DNA of 49,087 nt from Octopus bimaculoides (taxonomy: Eukaryota), in assembly GCF_001194135.2 (NCBI RefSeq), contig NC_068986.1, positions 2,644,744 to 2,693,830 on the forward strand, written 5' to 3'. Positions 22,951-35,206 of this stretch are shown here, piece by piece. The first letter of the stretch is position 1; each line of letters begins with the position of its first letter. The position numbers and the translations under genes are program-made. The notes below the pieces were generated by a model. The model did not search any database. It worked only from the letters and a program-made list of their open reading frames with translations, and was not told the DNA's origin.

Positions 22951-25574
22951 CAATATAATCGTAACCTACACCCCATTTTCCTGAAAGTTATGTGAAAACA
23001 CAACTTTTGTGAATTTTCAGAAACGCTCCTTCCCACCCTCGGAAAAAATTTTACACTACATATTCCAATATAATCAGAATCTGCACAGCCTGAAGCATAT
23101 CTATAAGAAAAATGCATTAAAAAATGTCCATTTTTCTGGAAGTTATGAGGAAACAAAGTCGGTGGCGGGTAACACTTTTGTATGTATGCCGTTTTCAACA
23201 ATGGAGATGGAAATTACGACTGCAAAACAAGAACAAATCAGCTTTATAAATTTCTAATTTTCACCTCATTCACACCAAAATTCTTTGATTTTAACTTTTT
23301 TATTTTTCCTTCTTTAATTTATCAATCTTCACTCCCGATTCCAGGTTTAAAAATATGGAGATTACAATTCTGAAAAGAAAGTGCTTTTGAACATGTCAAT
23401 ATTTTTTTCCAAAATTTCAATTGCATTTATTTATGATAATATTCCACTTTTTAATTTGTGATCAGAAGGGAAACATGTTTAAACCCAGGTCAGCCTTAAC
23501 CTTGATAGAAAACGTTCCAAACATGACCATCATTCTCTTCTTTTTATGTCTAGAACTGCATTGTCATGTGTGTCCTTGTACTGCCAAGACAGTAGTGTGA
23601 AGTGGGAGAGAGATTTGGCTGTTATTTCTAGTAGAAGTTCATTTGTTGGCTGAGGTATTATATCGTTCATTATTACACATCCATGAATGTGTGAATGGAT
23701 GTATGAAGAAGATGTGGATTTTGCTGAGGCAGATTTTATATTGCAGTAGAGATTCGCTGCTATATAATATTATGGTATTATAAATCCACCGACAAATATC
23801 GTAGAACAGTCCATGGCCCATCTGAAAAGCCTTCTTTTTATTCTATATAAAAGCCTAGATGGTCCTAACCAGAATGTTTTTCAAGTGGATCTTGGGCTAA
23901 ACAATAAAATAACGAATTTATATTTATATCACTAATAATTCAAATAAGAAACGGTTCAAGGCTCAACTCGGAAATCGCGTCTGTTCTGACGTTTTTGTTT
24001 TCTTTTCACCAGTTAGTCTTTTTCTTGGGGAAAGTCGTTAATAGGAAGTAGTGACATTCATTCATTTCTCAAAGAGATTAATGATGTAAGTTAAATCATA
24101 TTGCTTGAAAAACGTATTGAAATTGTGTGGCAGTTATTCTGTCAATTAGGCTAACGCAAATCACAGCATTGTGGTTTTAAAATATATATAAATTAATGAA
24201 TTTCCCCCAAATACACTTGACAGCGTCCCTAAATAGAAAATTTTCGGGTGGTTAATACAAATCAACCACTATATGGCTATTCGACGTACTAGAAATAGCA
24301 GCCAAATTACTATCAAATCACACGCTTTCTTCAGAAAAGGATACATTTGATAAGGTAGTTTGAAAAAAAAAGATGTTTATAATTGAAATGCCTTTGGTCA
24401 TAGAATCGGCTCCATTGAGGCTGACTTTTTTTTTCTTTTTGCTGCCATCTGATAAGGCCATCCAGTGCCTTCTTCGGTTCTTTCATTTTCTCAACTGTTA
24501 CTGAAGTGCTCGAAGCTGTTTCTCATATGGAAGTCCAATGAACTTAACCATTTTATTCCCACATTCTTAAGTTTTCTGGTGATTTCTTCTCGTCTGAGGA
24601 CTTTTTATTACACTATCTGTATATGATCTCTTTAGTATTCTGAAGATGCTATATGTTATTGGAACCATTAAATGACTCTTTTATTGACATGAGTTTCACG
24701 TGTAATTGATTATTAGAATCCATATATTCCGTCCAGAATGCATTTGACGATAGTTATGCTTGATCAGAGGACAAACTATGAAAGCAATATTTGATAAATG
24801 TTTTTAACAGAGTCACAAGGCCCGAAATTTGTGGGCAGGGGAATTGTCGATTATATTGACTGCAGTACTTTGTGTTTGAAAATCCAATTTGATACTGGGA
24901 CTGCTGAAGTTGATGTTGTTGAAGGCCTGGGTGTAGGACCTACTGGTTAATACTGGATTCTGGTGATGGTGGAGGTAATATGGGTTGTTGGTGGGAGTGG
25001 CAAAAACCAGCCAGTTCCGAGGGTTAGGTCTGCTTCCACTCAATGCCCATATTGTCTTCCCCACCTTTATGAGTAGCTGTGACATTAGGGACCCTAGTAA
25101 CAGCATTACAACTTGATATACGTGTTTGTGTGAATGAATGTTTATACCAGTGGTTTCCAACTCTTTTATTTAAATGAGTTTTCCCACGGACCCTTTTGGT
25201 ATGCTTATCCTGATATTGATATATATATATATATAACTTTGAATTTAGCTCACGGACCCAAAGTACTACCTTGGCGAACCCCAGGTTGGAAACCACTGGT
25301 TTATACGTACACATCACAAACTCGAAGTAGTCGAGAAATTACATCTTTATTTTCGTGTATGTGTTAAAATGGAGATGTAATATAGTGAATAAACCTAGAT
25401 ATAATATTTAGATAATTGTTTATTTTCCTTACGCTAATTGCTACGAAAAAAGGAAACGAAAATAAAAAGAAATACATTCATTTTTGCTTGGTACGAATGA
25501 TCCGTTTCCCTGAGCGCAAAATACTCAGATAATGAAAGGCAAAACAGATTTAATTATCTGTTTAAATGAAAGTG

Positions 25575-25631
<57 letters not shown>

Positions 25632-27357
25632 TCATCATCATCATCAACATCATCATTTTGAGCTTCTTTCCACGCTACCATGGATTGGGTTAGGTTGGTT
25701 ATTTCATTTTGGCAGTTATTGCCCTCGTAGACTGGTACCCGTGCTCGTCATTTTGGCTTACCTTCTCTGGCTGGATCCCCTGCTTATTACCAACCATTTT
25801 ACAGTGTGCTGGGTGCGTTTTATCTTGGCACCAGCACAAAAGGAGTAAAACAAAACTGAAATGGTCTCACAGTCTTATGCTTTCTCTGTCCATTTGCTGT
25901 ATAGAGAAGCCACACGAATATCAACAATGAACAGTAACTTCTTGAAATGAACGTTATGTAATAAATTTTCAATGTAGACATTTTTCAGTTTTAAAACACT
26001 GTATCTTGATTGGTTTATGTGAGGTGGCCGAAAACTTTTGCATGGGCATTTTTGGGGTCGTTTCATATCTTCCCCTCTCGTTCAGAACCCCTACTACAAA
26101 ATATAATGATTAGGTATGGAAATGACTCCAACAAGGCCAAGAAACTTATAATAGTTTAAAGTGGCCAAAGACTTTTGCACAATAGTGTATATATANNNNN
26201 NNNNNNNNNNNNNNNNNNNNNNNNNNNNNNNNNNNNNNNNNNNNNNNNNNNNNNNNNNNNNNNNNNNNNNNNNNNNNNNNNNNNNNNNNNNNNNNNNNNN
26301 NNNNNNNNNNNNNNNNNNNNNNNNNNNNNNNNNNNNNNNNNNNNNNNNNNNNNNNNNNNNNNNNNNNNNNNNNNNNNNNNNNNNNNNNNNNNNNNNNNNN
26401 NNNNNNNNNNNNNNNNNNNNNNNNNNNNNNNNNNNNNNNNNNNNNNNNNNNNNNNNNNNNNNNNNNNNNNNNNNNNNNNNNNNNNNNNNNNNNNNNNNNN
26501 NNNNNNNNNNNNNNNNNNNNNNNNNNNNNNNNNNNNNNNNNNNNNNNNNNNNNNNNNNNNNNNNNNNNNNNNNNNNNNNNNNNNNNNNNNNNNNNNNNNN
26601 NNNNNNNNNNNNNNNNNNNNNNNNNNNNNNNNNNNNNNNNNNNNNNNNNNNNNNNNNNNNNNNNNNNNNNNNNNNNNNNNNNNNNNNNNNNNNNNNNNNN
26701 NNNNNNNNNNNNNNNNNNNNNNNNNNNNNNNNNNNNATATATATATATATATATAATTAGTATTTTATTTATGTAATGATGGGAATGTGGAGGCACATGA
26801 CTTAGTGGTTAGAGTGTTGGACTCATGATGATAAGATTCTTATTTCCATTCCTGGAATAGACATGTATTCTTGAGCAAAACACTCCATTTGATGTTGCTC
26901 TTGTCCACTCTGCTGGTAAAAACGAGTGATCTGGCATCCCACCCAAAGAGAAATATATACACCAGAGAGACCAGGAAACCAGCCCTATGGCTCTTACAGA
27001 GTAATGTGGACTAACCCAGTGATGTAGGGCAGGTCTGTATTACCCAATTAGAAAGTATTGTAAATAGCTTTACATCCTTGATTAATGACCCAAATAATTT
27101 GAATTTTCTTGATCTTTTAAAAAAAGGTTTTTTGCTCCTTGACTGATTTTAAGCATGGTTTGTCAATAGTAACAGTTTTGTAACACAGAAACACAGCTGT
27201 CATCTAATACTTAAAACATCCGATTTAGTATCTCTCAGTTAATCTAATGAAAGTAATTGTAACCTGCCCTCTAGTGACGTGTATTTAGTTCAGTTGTGCA
27301 TATGAAAGAAAGAACAAAAACGTCTAACACATTGTAGTCTATAAAAAAGAAAAAAGA

Positions 27358-27411
<54 letters not shown>

Positions 27412-30400
27412 TAATGTTGTAAGGCAGCTGTTAATTGGTCATGGTTTATTTTCAACTTGAGTGCTAAAAGGAAATGACCTTTAAGGGAGAATCTCTTTAG
27501 TATCATTGGCTAAATCATTAAGTGTGTAAGAAAAACTGGTTAGGTGACTTCTGTGTGGGAAACGACAAGGAATTTTTCATTTTACAAATTCATAGGTAAC
27601 TTGTATTAAATTACTGTTTCAGCCTTGGAGATTTAAATAACATTTTTTTGTAAATGAGTGAAGGTAGTGTAAGGGTCAAGAGGATTCTTTAGTCTTGCCA
27701 AGGAAATGACAACTTCTCTAGTGCTGACACCATGATGAAATGTGCCCAGGACACTGTGTACTGGGTCCATTTGTATAAGTACCATTTATGGCACTTATAC
27801 ACTAAATTGGTTTGTATTAGGGCATCCACCTGTAGAATCCAAGCCAAAAATGAAATATAAGCAAGGACTTCTCATCTGTCTTGGAAGGGAATAACTTCAA
27901 ATAAGAACTGGCTTGGATGATAATCCAACCAATGTCAGCTTGGAAAGCAGGTGTAAAATGATGCTGGTGATGATGATTATGATGACAGCAACAAGAGCAA
28001 AGATACAAAAACCTCATGCTTTAAATGCTAATCCTCTATATAAGCTTTTCTCTTCACATGACTATTGTCTGAAACATTCAAACATGTTACTTCCTTGAGA
28101 TTGTTGTTGGAGAAAACCTATTGACTTGAGACTACTCTAAAATAAATTTTGAGAATTAAACTTACATGGAAATTAGCCAGATTCTTTCCTCTTTTTTTTC
28201 TTTTTCCCCAAATATTAGGAAGTAGTTAATTATTACTTCAGACACTTAGAAAAGTTCTTGTTAATGAAAACATTTTGTTAATTATGTATGACATTTTATA
28301 CGACACATAATTCAATTATGTGTCTTATATTCTATGACACAATTCAATTATGTGTCATATATTCTATGACACACATTTCAATTTTTATAACTGGGCCCCT
28401 GCTTAATGGTATGGTTGTAAAACTATGCTCAACATTTTATTGGCTGTTACTGCTAAAATATGTAGTAAGTCCCATCTCACCGTTTATCAATGCTTTTGTC
28501 TGTCCTAGTTAGATTTGGGTCAGTGATTCTCAGAGTCCCCAATCACATTCTCCCCCCCCCCTTGTGATTTCTCACATCCTCTCCCATTTTGATATGTCAT
28601 TTAGTAATTTTTTCACCATTATCCTTTTTACAGTAGCAATTATTGAAGTAGTTTATGACTTTGTTAATGGCAATCAAAATAGCAATCTTATTTCAGTGGA
28701 TCATAAAAGTTCCATTTGCTTTATTGCTAAATATCTCGTTAGGAAGGCCAAAAGTATTGTAAGTGCCATCATAATAAAGATTGAAATAAAAGAATACAAT
28801 GAAATCTTTGCAGCACAAAATTTCAATTTAATTTAATGTCTACTTTATGGCAGCAAACTGGAAGAAGTGTTTGCATGCCAGGCAAAATACTCGGCGGCAT
28901 TTTGTCTCTCTTTACATTCCAAGTTCAAATTCTGCTGAGATCAACTTTGCCTTTCATCCTTTCAGGGTTAATAAAATAATTGCTATTTGTACACTGGGAT
29001 CAATGTAACCAACTTACTCCCCCCNNNNNNNNNNCTCCTGAAATTGCCCTCGTGTCAAAATTTGAAACTAATTTAATGTCTACTTTGGTTTGCATGCAAA
29101 CTAGAATACTAACGAAAAAATCCAGATAACTTTGCTTGAAGACCACCAGAGTCACAGGTGTTGAGATGTTCTTGATTTTTACTTAATATATCTCCACAAC
29201 AATACTAAAGGTACATACGACCTACTATGTTGTTACAAAGGACAAATGCACTTGCTGAGCCTAACTACCATATTACTATGAGCACATTTTTCAAACATCA
29301 ATAATCAAAGAGTCTCAAATGGGATTCAGTTTGAAGAGACAGTTCTTTTTTTTTTTGCTCTGAACTGTTAATTTGTGGTCAGTTGTATAGTTATGTATAT
29401 TGATATTTCATTTGAGATATAAAGTACACAAAATATATTCTTTCCCAGTTTGAAGTGCCTTCTTTGACTGGAATTCATTTCCCCTGGGAACAAAGTGCTT
29501 CTTGTTTGACAAATACTGATCTAGTTAAAAAAATTTTTGCTCTAATTATGAGTTTGGAAATTTTGGTCTCAAGTTATTTTATTATACAATATCACAACCA
29601 AAAATTAATTTTTTCAGATGCTAAAGTAACCTTCCTTTCTGCAATCATCTTTTTTTTTTTTTTGTTTTTTTCTAACTGGATCTCTATGTTGAAAACCATG
29701 GTCTTTAGTTAAGGCGCAAGGCCTGCAATTTCAAAGTTCTCAAGTTGTATTGTGTGTGTGTAATTTTTATTTTTTATTTGTTAAATTTCTTCCATAACAA
29801 AAACAGCCAATTTAGATGTTTTTATTATCCTACTTACTGGTTAAATTAAAGAACCACCATTAAGTGATGTGTTATTTTTGTTCTCTACTTAAGAACTGTA
29901 GCTTTTCAAGGTTTCTGTTTAAACCTATATTCGACTAATTGTATTCTTACAGGTGAAGATGTTAACTTGTAAAGAGGATATAGTAACTTGAGATTCAAAA
30001 ACTAAATTGTGTATGTGTGCATACATATCAATGTACATTTGAATTAGAAATTCTTTTGATTAGAGACCATCATTATTGATAAGTAGAGTAAAGCAGAGTA
30101 GATAGAACAGACTCATTACCATTCTGGTTCTTGTTCTGTCTACTTTGGAGGGATGACCTGATGACAGGACCTCCATGTGTCTGCTTGCTTGCTAGAAGTA
30201 GCTGCTAAATTATGCATGAGTATCTTTTTTATTTTTTCTTGCTGGTTCTGGAGAAAGGAGCAGTGTTTATGGCCTTCTCAAGCCCTCTTAGACCAGCAAG
30301 AGTGATGCCATTAATGTAAATCAATACCCTGGGAAAGACAAAAGTAGGAAAGGAATTTCCAAAGATGTTCTGGAAGGGAAAGACTAGGGACATTGGTTGG

Positions 30401-33400
30401 TGTGGGGCTTTGCAGGAGTGAGAATTAGACACAAGTGATTATTAAGGGAGAGATGAGTAGAACAGGAATACTCGTATGTAGGTGGCATGAGCCCAGTCAG
30501 CTGTGAGGAGCAGAGGCCATAGCAGTAGAAAAAGAACACCATATTTGGTAATGTGACTGTAGAAAAAATGGAAAAAGACAGTATGGTCATGGATGGAATG
30601 TCTTTCATTGTGGACCTGCTAGATCATGGTTGTCCTGGAGCTAAACAATAACTCCTGTGGTGGGGAAAAGCATGACCAGCTACAATTAATTTGGTGCCAA
30701 ATTATGTGTTCCAAAGATTTTAGTCAGACATTTGGCAAACCAGCCATTCTTTGTCAAAATCAGTGCATTGCAATTGTGCATTCTTCTAAACTGATTGCTT
30801 GGGGTTGGTGGTACAAATTCTTTTTTATTTTTTTCTATCCCTCTCTCCCTATGTCTGTGTGTGAGATTCATTAATCTATCTCTCTGTTTCTTACATTTGC
30901 ATATTTTGTGCTTTGCGGAATTCTATTTTCCATTTCAATAAAAATGTTTTGCAACTTTAGGCAGAATAGCTTAATAGCTTAGCAAATAAAAGATTTATAT
31001 GAATTTGAGGAGTAGATTATTTTCTGTCCTACCAGTCACAGTGCTGTGTACCATCAGTTATAAACAACTGAGACAAATGGTGTAAAGCCTGAGGGTACAG
31101 TATTAGCAATTCATCATCATCATCATTTAACGTCCGTTTTCCATGCTGGCATGGGTTGGACGGTTTGACAGGAGCTGGCCAGCCACAGTGTTGTCCAGAG
31201 TCCATTTGTCTGTTTTGGCATGGTTTCTACAGTTGGATGCCCTTCCTAACACCAGCCACTTTACAGAGGGTGCAGGGTGCTTCATATGTGCCACTGGCAA
31301 GACAAAGACCTGTATGTATGGATGGCCATGATTTTACTTTGCTTGGTATGTCTCCTCAAGTACAGCAAATTGCCACAAATCCCGGTCCCTTGTCATTTCT
31401 TCAGTGAGGCCCAGCATCTGATGATCCTTTTTCACCACTTTGTCCCACGTCTTCCTAAGTAATTTAAATGGTTTATTAATAATTATACTTCTAATTTAAT
31501 AACTTATTTCTCTTATTGTCTCCAGAGATAACACTTCCACTGAACTTCATTTCATAGAACTGGAAAATAGGCACCTGGTTTCACCTGCAATAAACTAGCA
31601 TCATTGCTAAAAGTAATTTGATTTGCAGCAGGAATATCTTACACTTGTATATCTGCTACTTTTTCTTACTTGTAATTATGTAAATGTTTATTTATTTCTA
31701 CCTTCCTTCCTGTACAGAATTTACTTGGATTACAATGCTTCAACACCACATGCTCCCCAGGTAATTGATGTTATATCACACACTCTAAAGAAGAAATGGT
31801 TTAATCCAAGTAGTATCTACTTCTCAGACAATAAAGAAATCGGTAAGTTCTTTGAGTTTGTTCGTTGAGAAAATGAAATTTGTGTTTTTGAGTCATAAAA
31901 TCCATGCTTAGTATTGATGTAGTGTGAAAGCACATGACCTAGTGGTCAGTGTGTTGCACTTTAAGATTGTGAGATTGTGGTTTCAATTCTTAGATTGGGT
32001 GGTGGCATTATGTCCTTGAGCAAAAAATTTTATTTCATGTTGCTCTGTGATCACTTCAACATCTGACATGAGGCACATCATGCACCTGTACAGGCAATAT
32101 CGCTAAACTACTTTTTTATGGACTTCATCTATCTCTTGCTTCCTGGGTTAGAGGCTTCCTTTCATACCACACCATTGTGGTATGTGCTGACAGAATTCAC
32201 TCTGACCCACATTATATCAACTTCATTTTGCCCACATTTTCTCCTCCTGTTCATCAATAGCCTATTTGCCCTCACATCCAATAGCAGCATTGTGTTTGTG
32301 TGCCTATGTACCCCTGTAGTCATACAAAGTTACTCATGTACAAATGCTCGGCTTCCCTGTCTGAGGTTCTCTCTTGGTGTTCCTTTCAGCGTAACAGTGA
32401 CTACTACATCACAAAGACTGACCTTCTTCAGAGCCAAGAAACATTTGCCAACAATTACTAACCCTAACCCTAACCCTAACCCTTTACAAAGGCCAGGTGA
32501 GCCCCTCAATGTAATAGTGCTCCACACTTGGGGTAGTGCTGCTGCATCATATACAGACAGCCTAGATTAACCACATACCCCCCAAAAAGAAAAAAAAAAC
32601 TGTCTCCTGACCTACTGGCTTGAAGTTGTTCACCAACACACTCCTATCCTGGACTCTCAAACTTAGTTGATCTCAAGTAACTTTGGCCTGCCCAGTTCAT
32701 TTATCTTTCCTCTTTTCAGCAGCCATATTGTGTCCATCTTCCAAGTTATGCTCTACTTTCCCAGTCTTTGCTGCTCAAAATGTCAACCGTTAAGAATTTC
32801 TTCCTTGGCCATGTTTTCATTACAGCTATCATGAACATCAACCACATCAATCTCTCCAGTTTGGAGAATGTGTGAACAACACTGACACAGTTCCAAACCA
32901 TTGAAAATATAAAGAAAAAAAAAATCATTCTTTGATGCTAATTCAAAATTTGATTTGATACGGTTACTGAAATTTGAAGGAAAGTCCTGTACATATGCAA
33001 TATAATTATAAGAACATTTTTTTCTATCTCCTGTTTCTAGTTAACACTTCTCATGAGGTCATTGAAGATGCAAGAGAACAGGTTGCTGATATGATCGGTT
33101 CTTCTCCTAAAGGTAAGTGTCTCTGACATTTCAACAGTCTTCTGCCTCTGAAATTTTACTCAATTATGCAAAGAGTTGCTCAGTCTCTGGGTAGCTTTCC
33201 CACTCACTGAGGATTTCAGGATCTGGTGGATATAGTAATTTTTTGAACAGTAATACTTGTGTAATTAATTGGATCGTGTGAAGGAGCCCTCTGCCTTCAG
33301 GTAGACATTTCTGTAAACTTTCTTTTCTGATGCCACCCACTCAATCTTCCCATCCAGTCCACAATCTTAGATCAGTCACAGTCAATATAGATCCAATGAA

Positions 33401-35140
33401 TGGTAAGGCTTGGGAGAATGGAGATATGTAGATATGTGCTGTGTGCAAGAAGTAAGATGGAGTGGAGCCTCAGTCAGACCTCACACAGGCAAGGAACAAT
33501 GATATAAATTCTTCTCAGTAGGCAGTAGTGATGGTGTGGGAGATGTCAGATGAATTTTGACAGAGAATGTGTAGATCAAATGATTGAGATGGAGTGTGCA
33601 AATACAATTATTAAGCTTAGATTAGTCTTGGGAAACATAACATTTATCTCTGTTCCTTAATCGGAATTAACAAGTTAACCAAAAAACCACACCAACTCGG
33701 GAGATGAATGTTTAATAATAATGATATATATCATCAATGTCATATAAAGCGATGTAGTATCTTGGGTGGGTCATTATGCCAATAAAATGATGTACTCTTG
33801 CAGGGATCATCACATTCTTCCTTGCAGAAACATAGTTTGCTTATAACATCAACCTGATCATTGTATAAAGGCTAAATACCATTCTCATACCAATTTTAGT
33901 AAGTAAGAAAACCATTGAATTTCTTGATTCAGGTTCTGGTACAAAAGCTTACCCTATGAAAGAAACAGGTGACTTTTACCATTGCAAATGCGAGCTAAGA
34001 ACTAATATCTACTAGGGTCTCTTTCAAGCATAGCTGGCCATGGGTTTTCTGCATTTAGGGAAAGTGTCTCTTACAAAGTGCAGGCATAGGCGAGATGCAA
34101 GGCTGTTGTGGATGACAAGCAGTTGCCTGTCCATGCATGTCAGCCTTGTCCATGCCACCAGTAATGTTTAAAGGAAAGGCATGGTTGCTACAGCTTGGCG
34201 TCAGTGTCATCATAAGTTATTGCTGTCAGAGCACAAAGATCCAGAAAAGATGCTACAGGGCATCCTTTCTCTAACACCCTTAACAGTTCCACTAATCCAC
34301 TGCCCTGCTTCCCTATATTTTTATCAACCCTGAAAGGATGAAAGGCAAAGTTGGTCTCAGCAGGATTTGAACTTCAAGTGCAGAGAGTTGGAACAAATAC
34401 TGCTTGACATTTCATTTGATGCTCCAAGTGATTGCCAATTCACCATTTAAGGAACTAATATTACTTGGGCAAATGTCTTCTACTATCGCCCCAGGCTGAC
34501 CAATGCTTTGCAAATGAATTTGGAAGATGGAAACTGTGGAAGCCCCTCATACATATATGTATGTGTGTATGTTTGTGTTTGTCCTCTGCACTACTTGACA
34601 ATTGGTGTTGGTTTGTTTATGCCCTGCCTCCCATAAATTAGCGGTTCAGAATAAGTGCTAGATTTTAAAAGCAAAAAAAAAAAAAAAAAAAAAANNNNNN
34701 NNNNNNNNNNNNNNNNNNNNNNNNNNNNNNNNNNNNNNNNNNNNNNNNNNNNNNNNNNNNNNNNNNNNNNNNNNNNNNNNNNNNNNNNNNNNNNNNNNNN
34801 NNNNNNNNNNNNNNNNNNNNNNNNNNNNNNNNNNNNNNNNNNNNNNNNNNNNNNNNNNNNNNNNNNNNNNNNNNNNNNNNNNNNNNNNNNNNNNNNNNNN
34901 NNNNNNNNNNNNNNNNNNNNNNNNNNNNNNNNNNNNNNNNNNNNNNNNNNNNNNNNNNNNNNNNNNNNNNNNNNNNNNNNNNNNNNNNNNNNNNNNNNNN
35001 NNNNNNNNNNNNNNNNNNNNNNNNNNNNNNNNNNNNNNNNNNNNNNNNNNNNNNNNNNNNNNNNNNNNNNNNNNNNNNNNNNNNNNNNTGTTTTTAATCA
35101 CTGATTACACTCTTTTCCTACAATATTTTCAGTAATGATT

Positions 35141-35206
<66 letters not shown>

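Noticed and set aside
32459-32482. (TAACCC)4 as a telomere or fusion site
   Set aside because: Only four units inside degenerate repeat sequence; too short to be informative.
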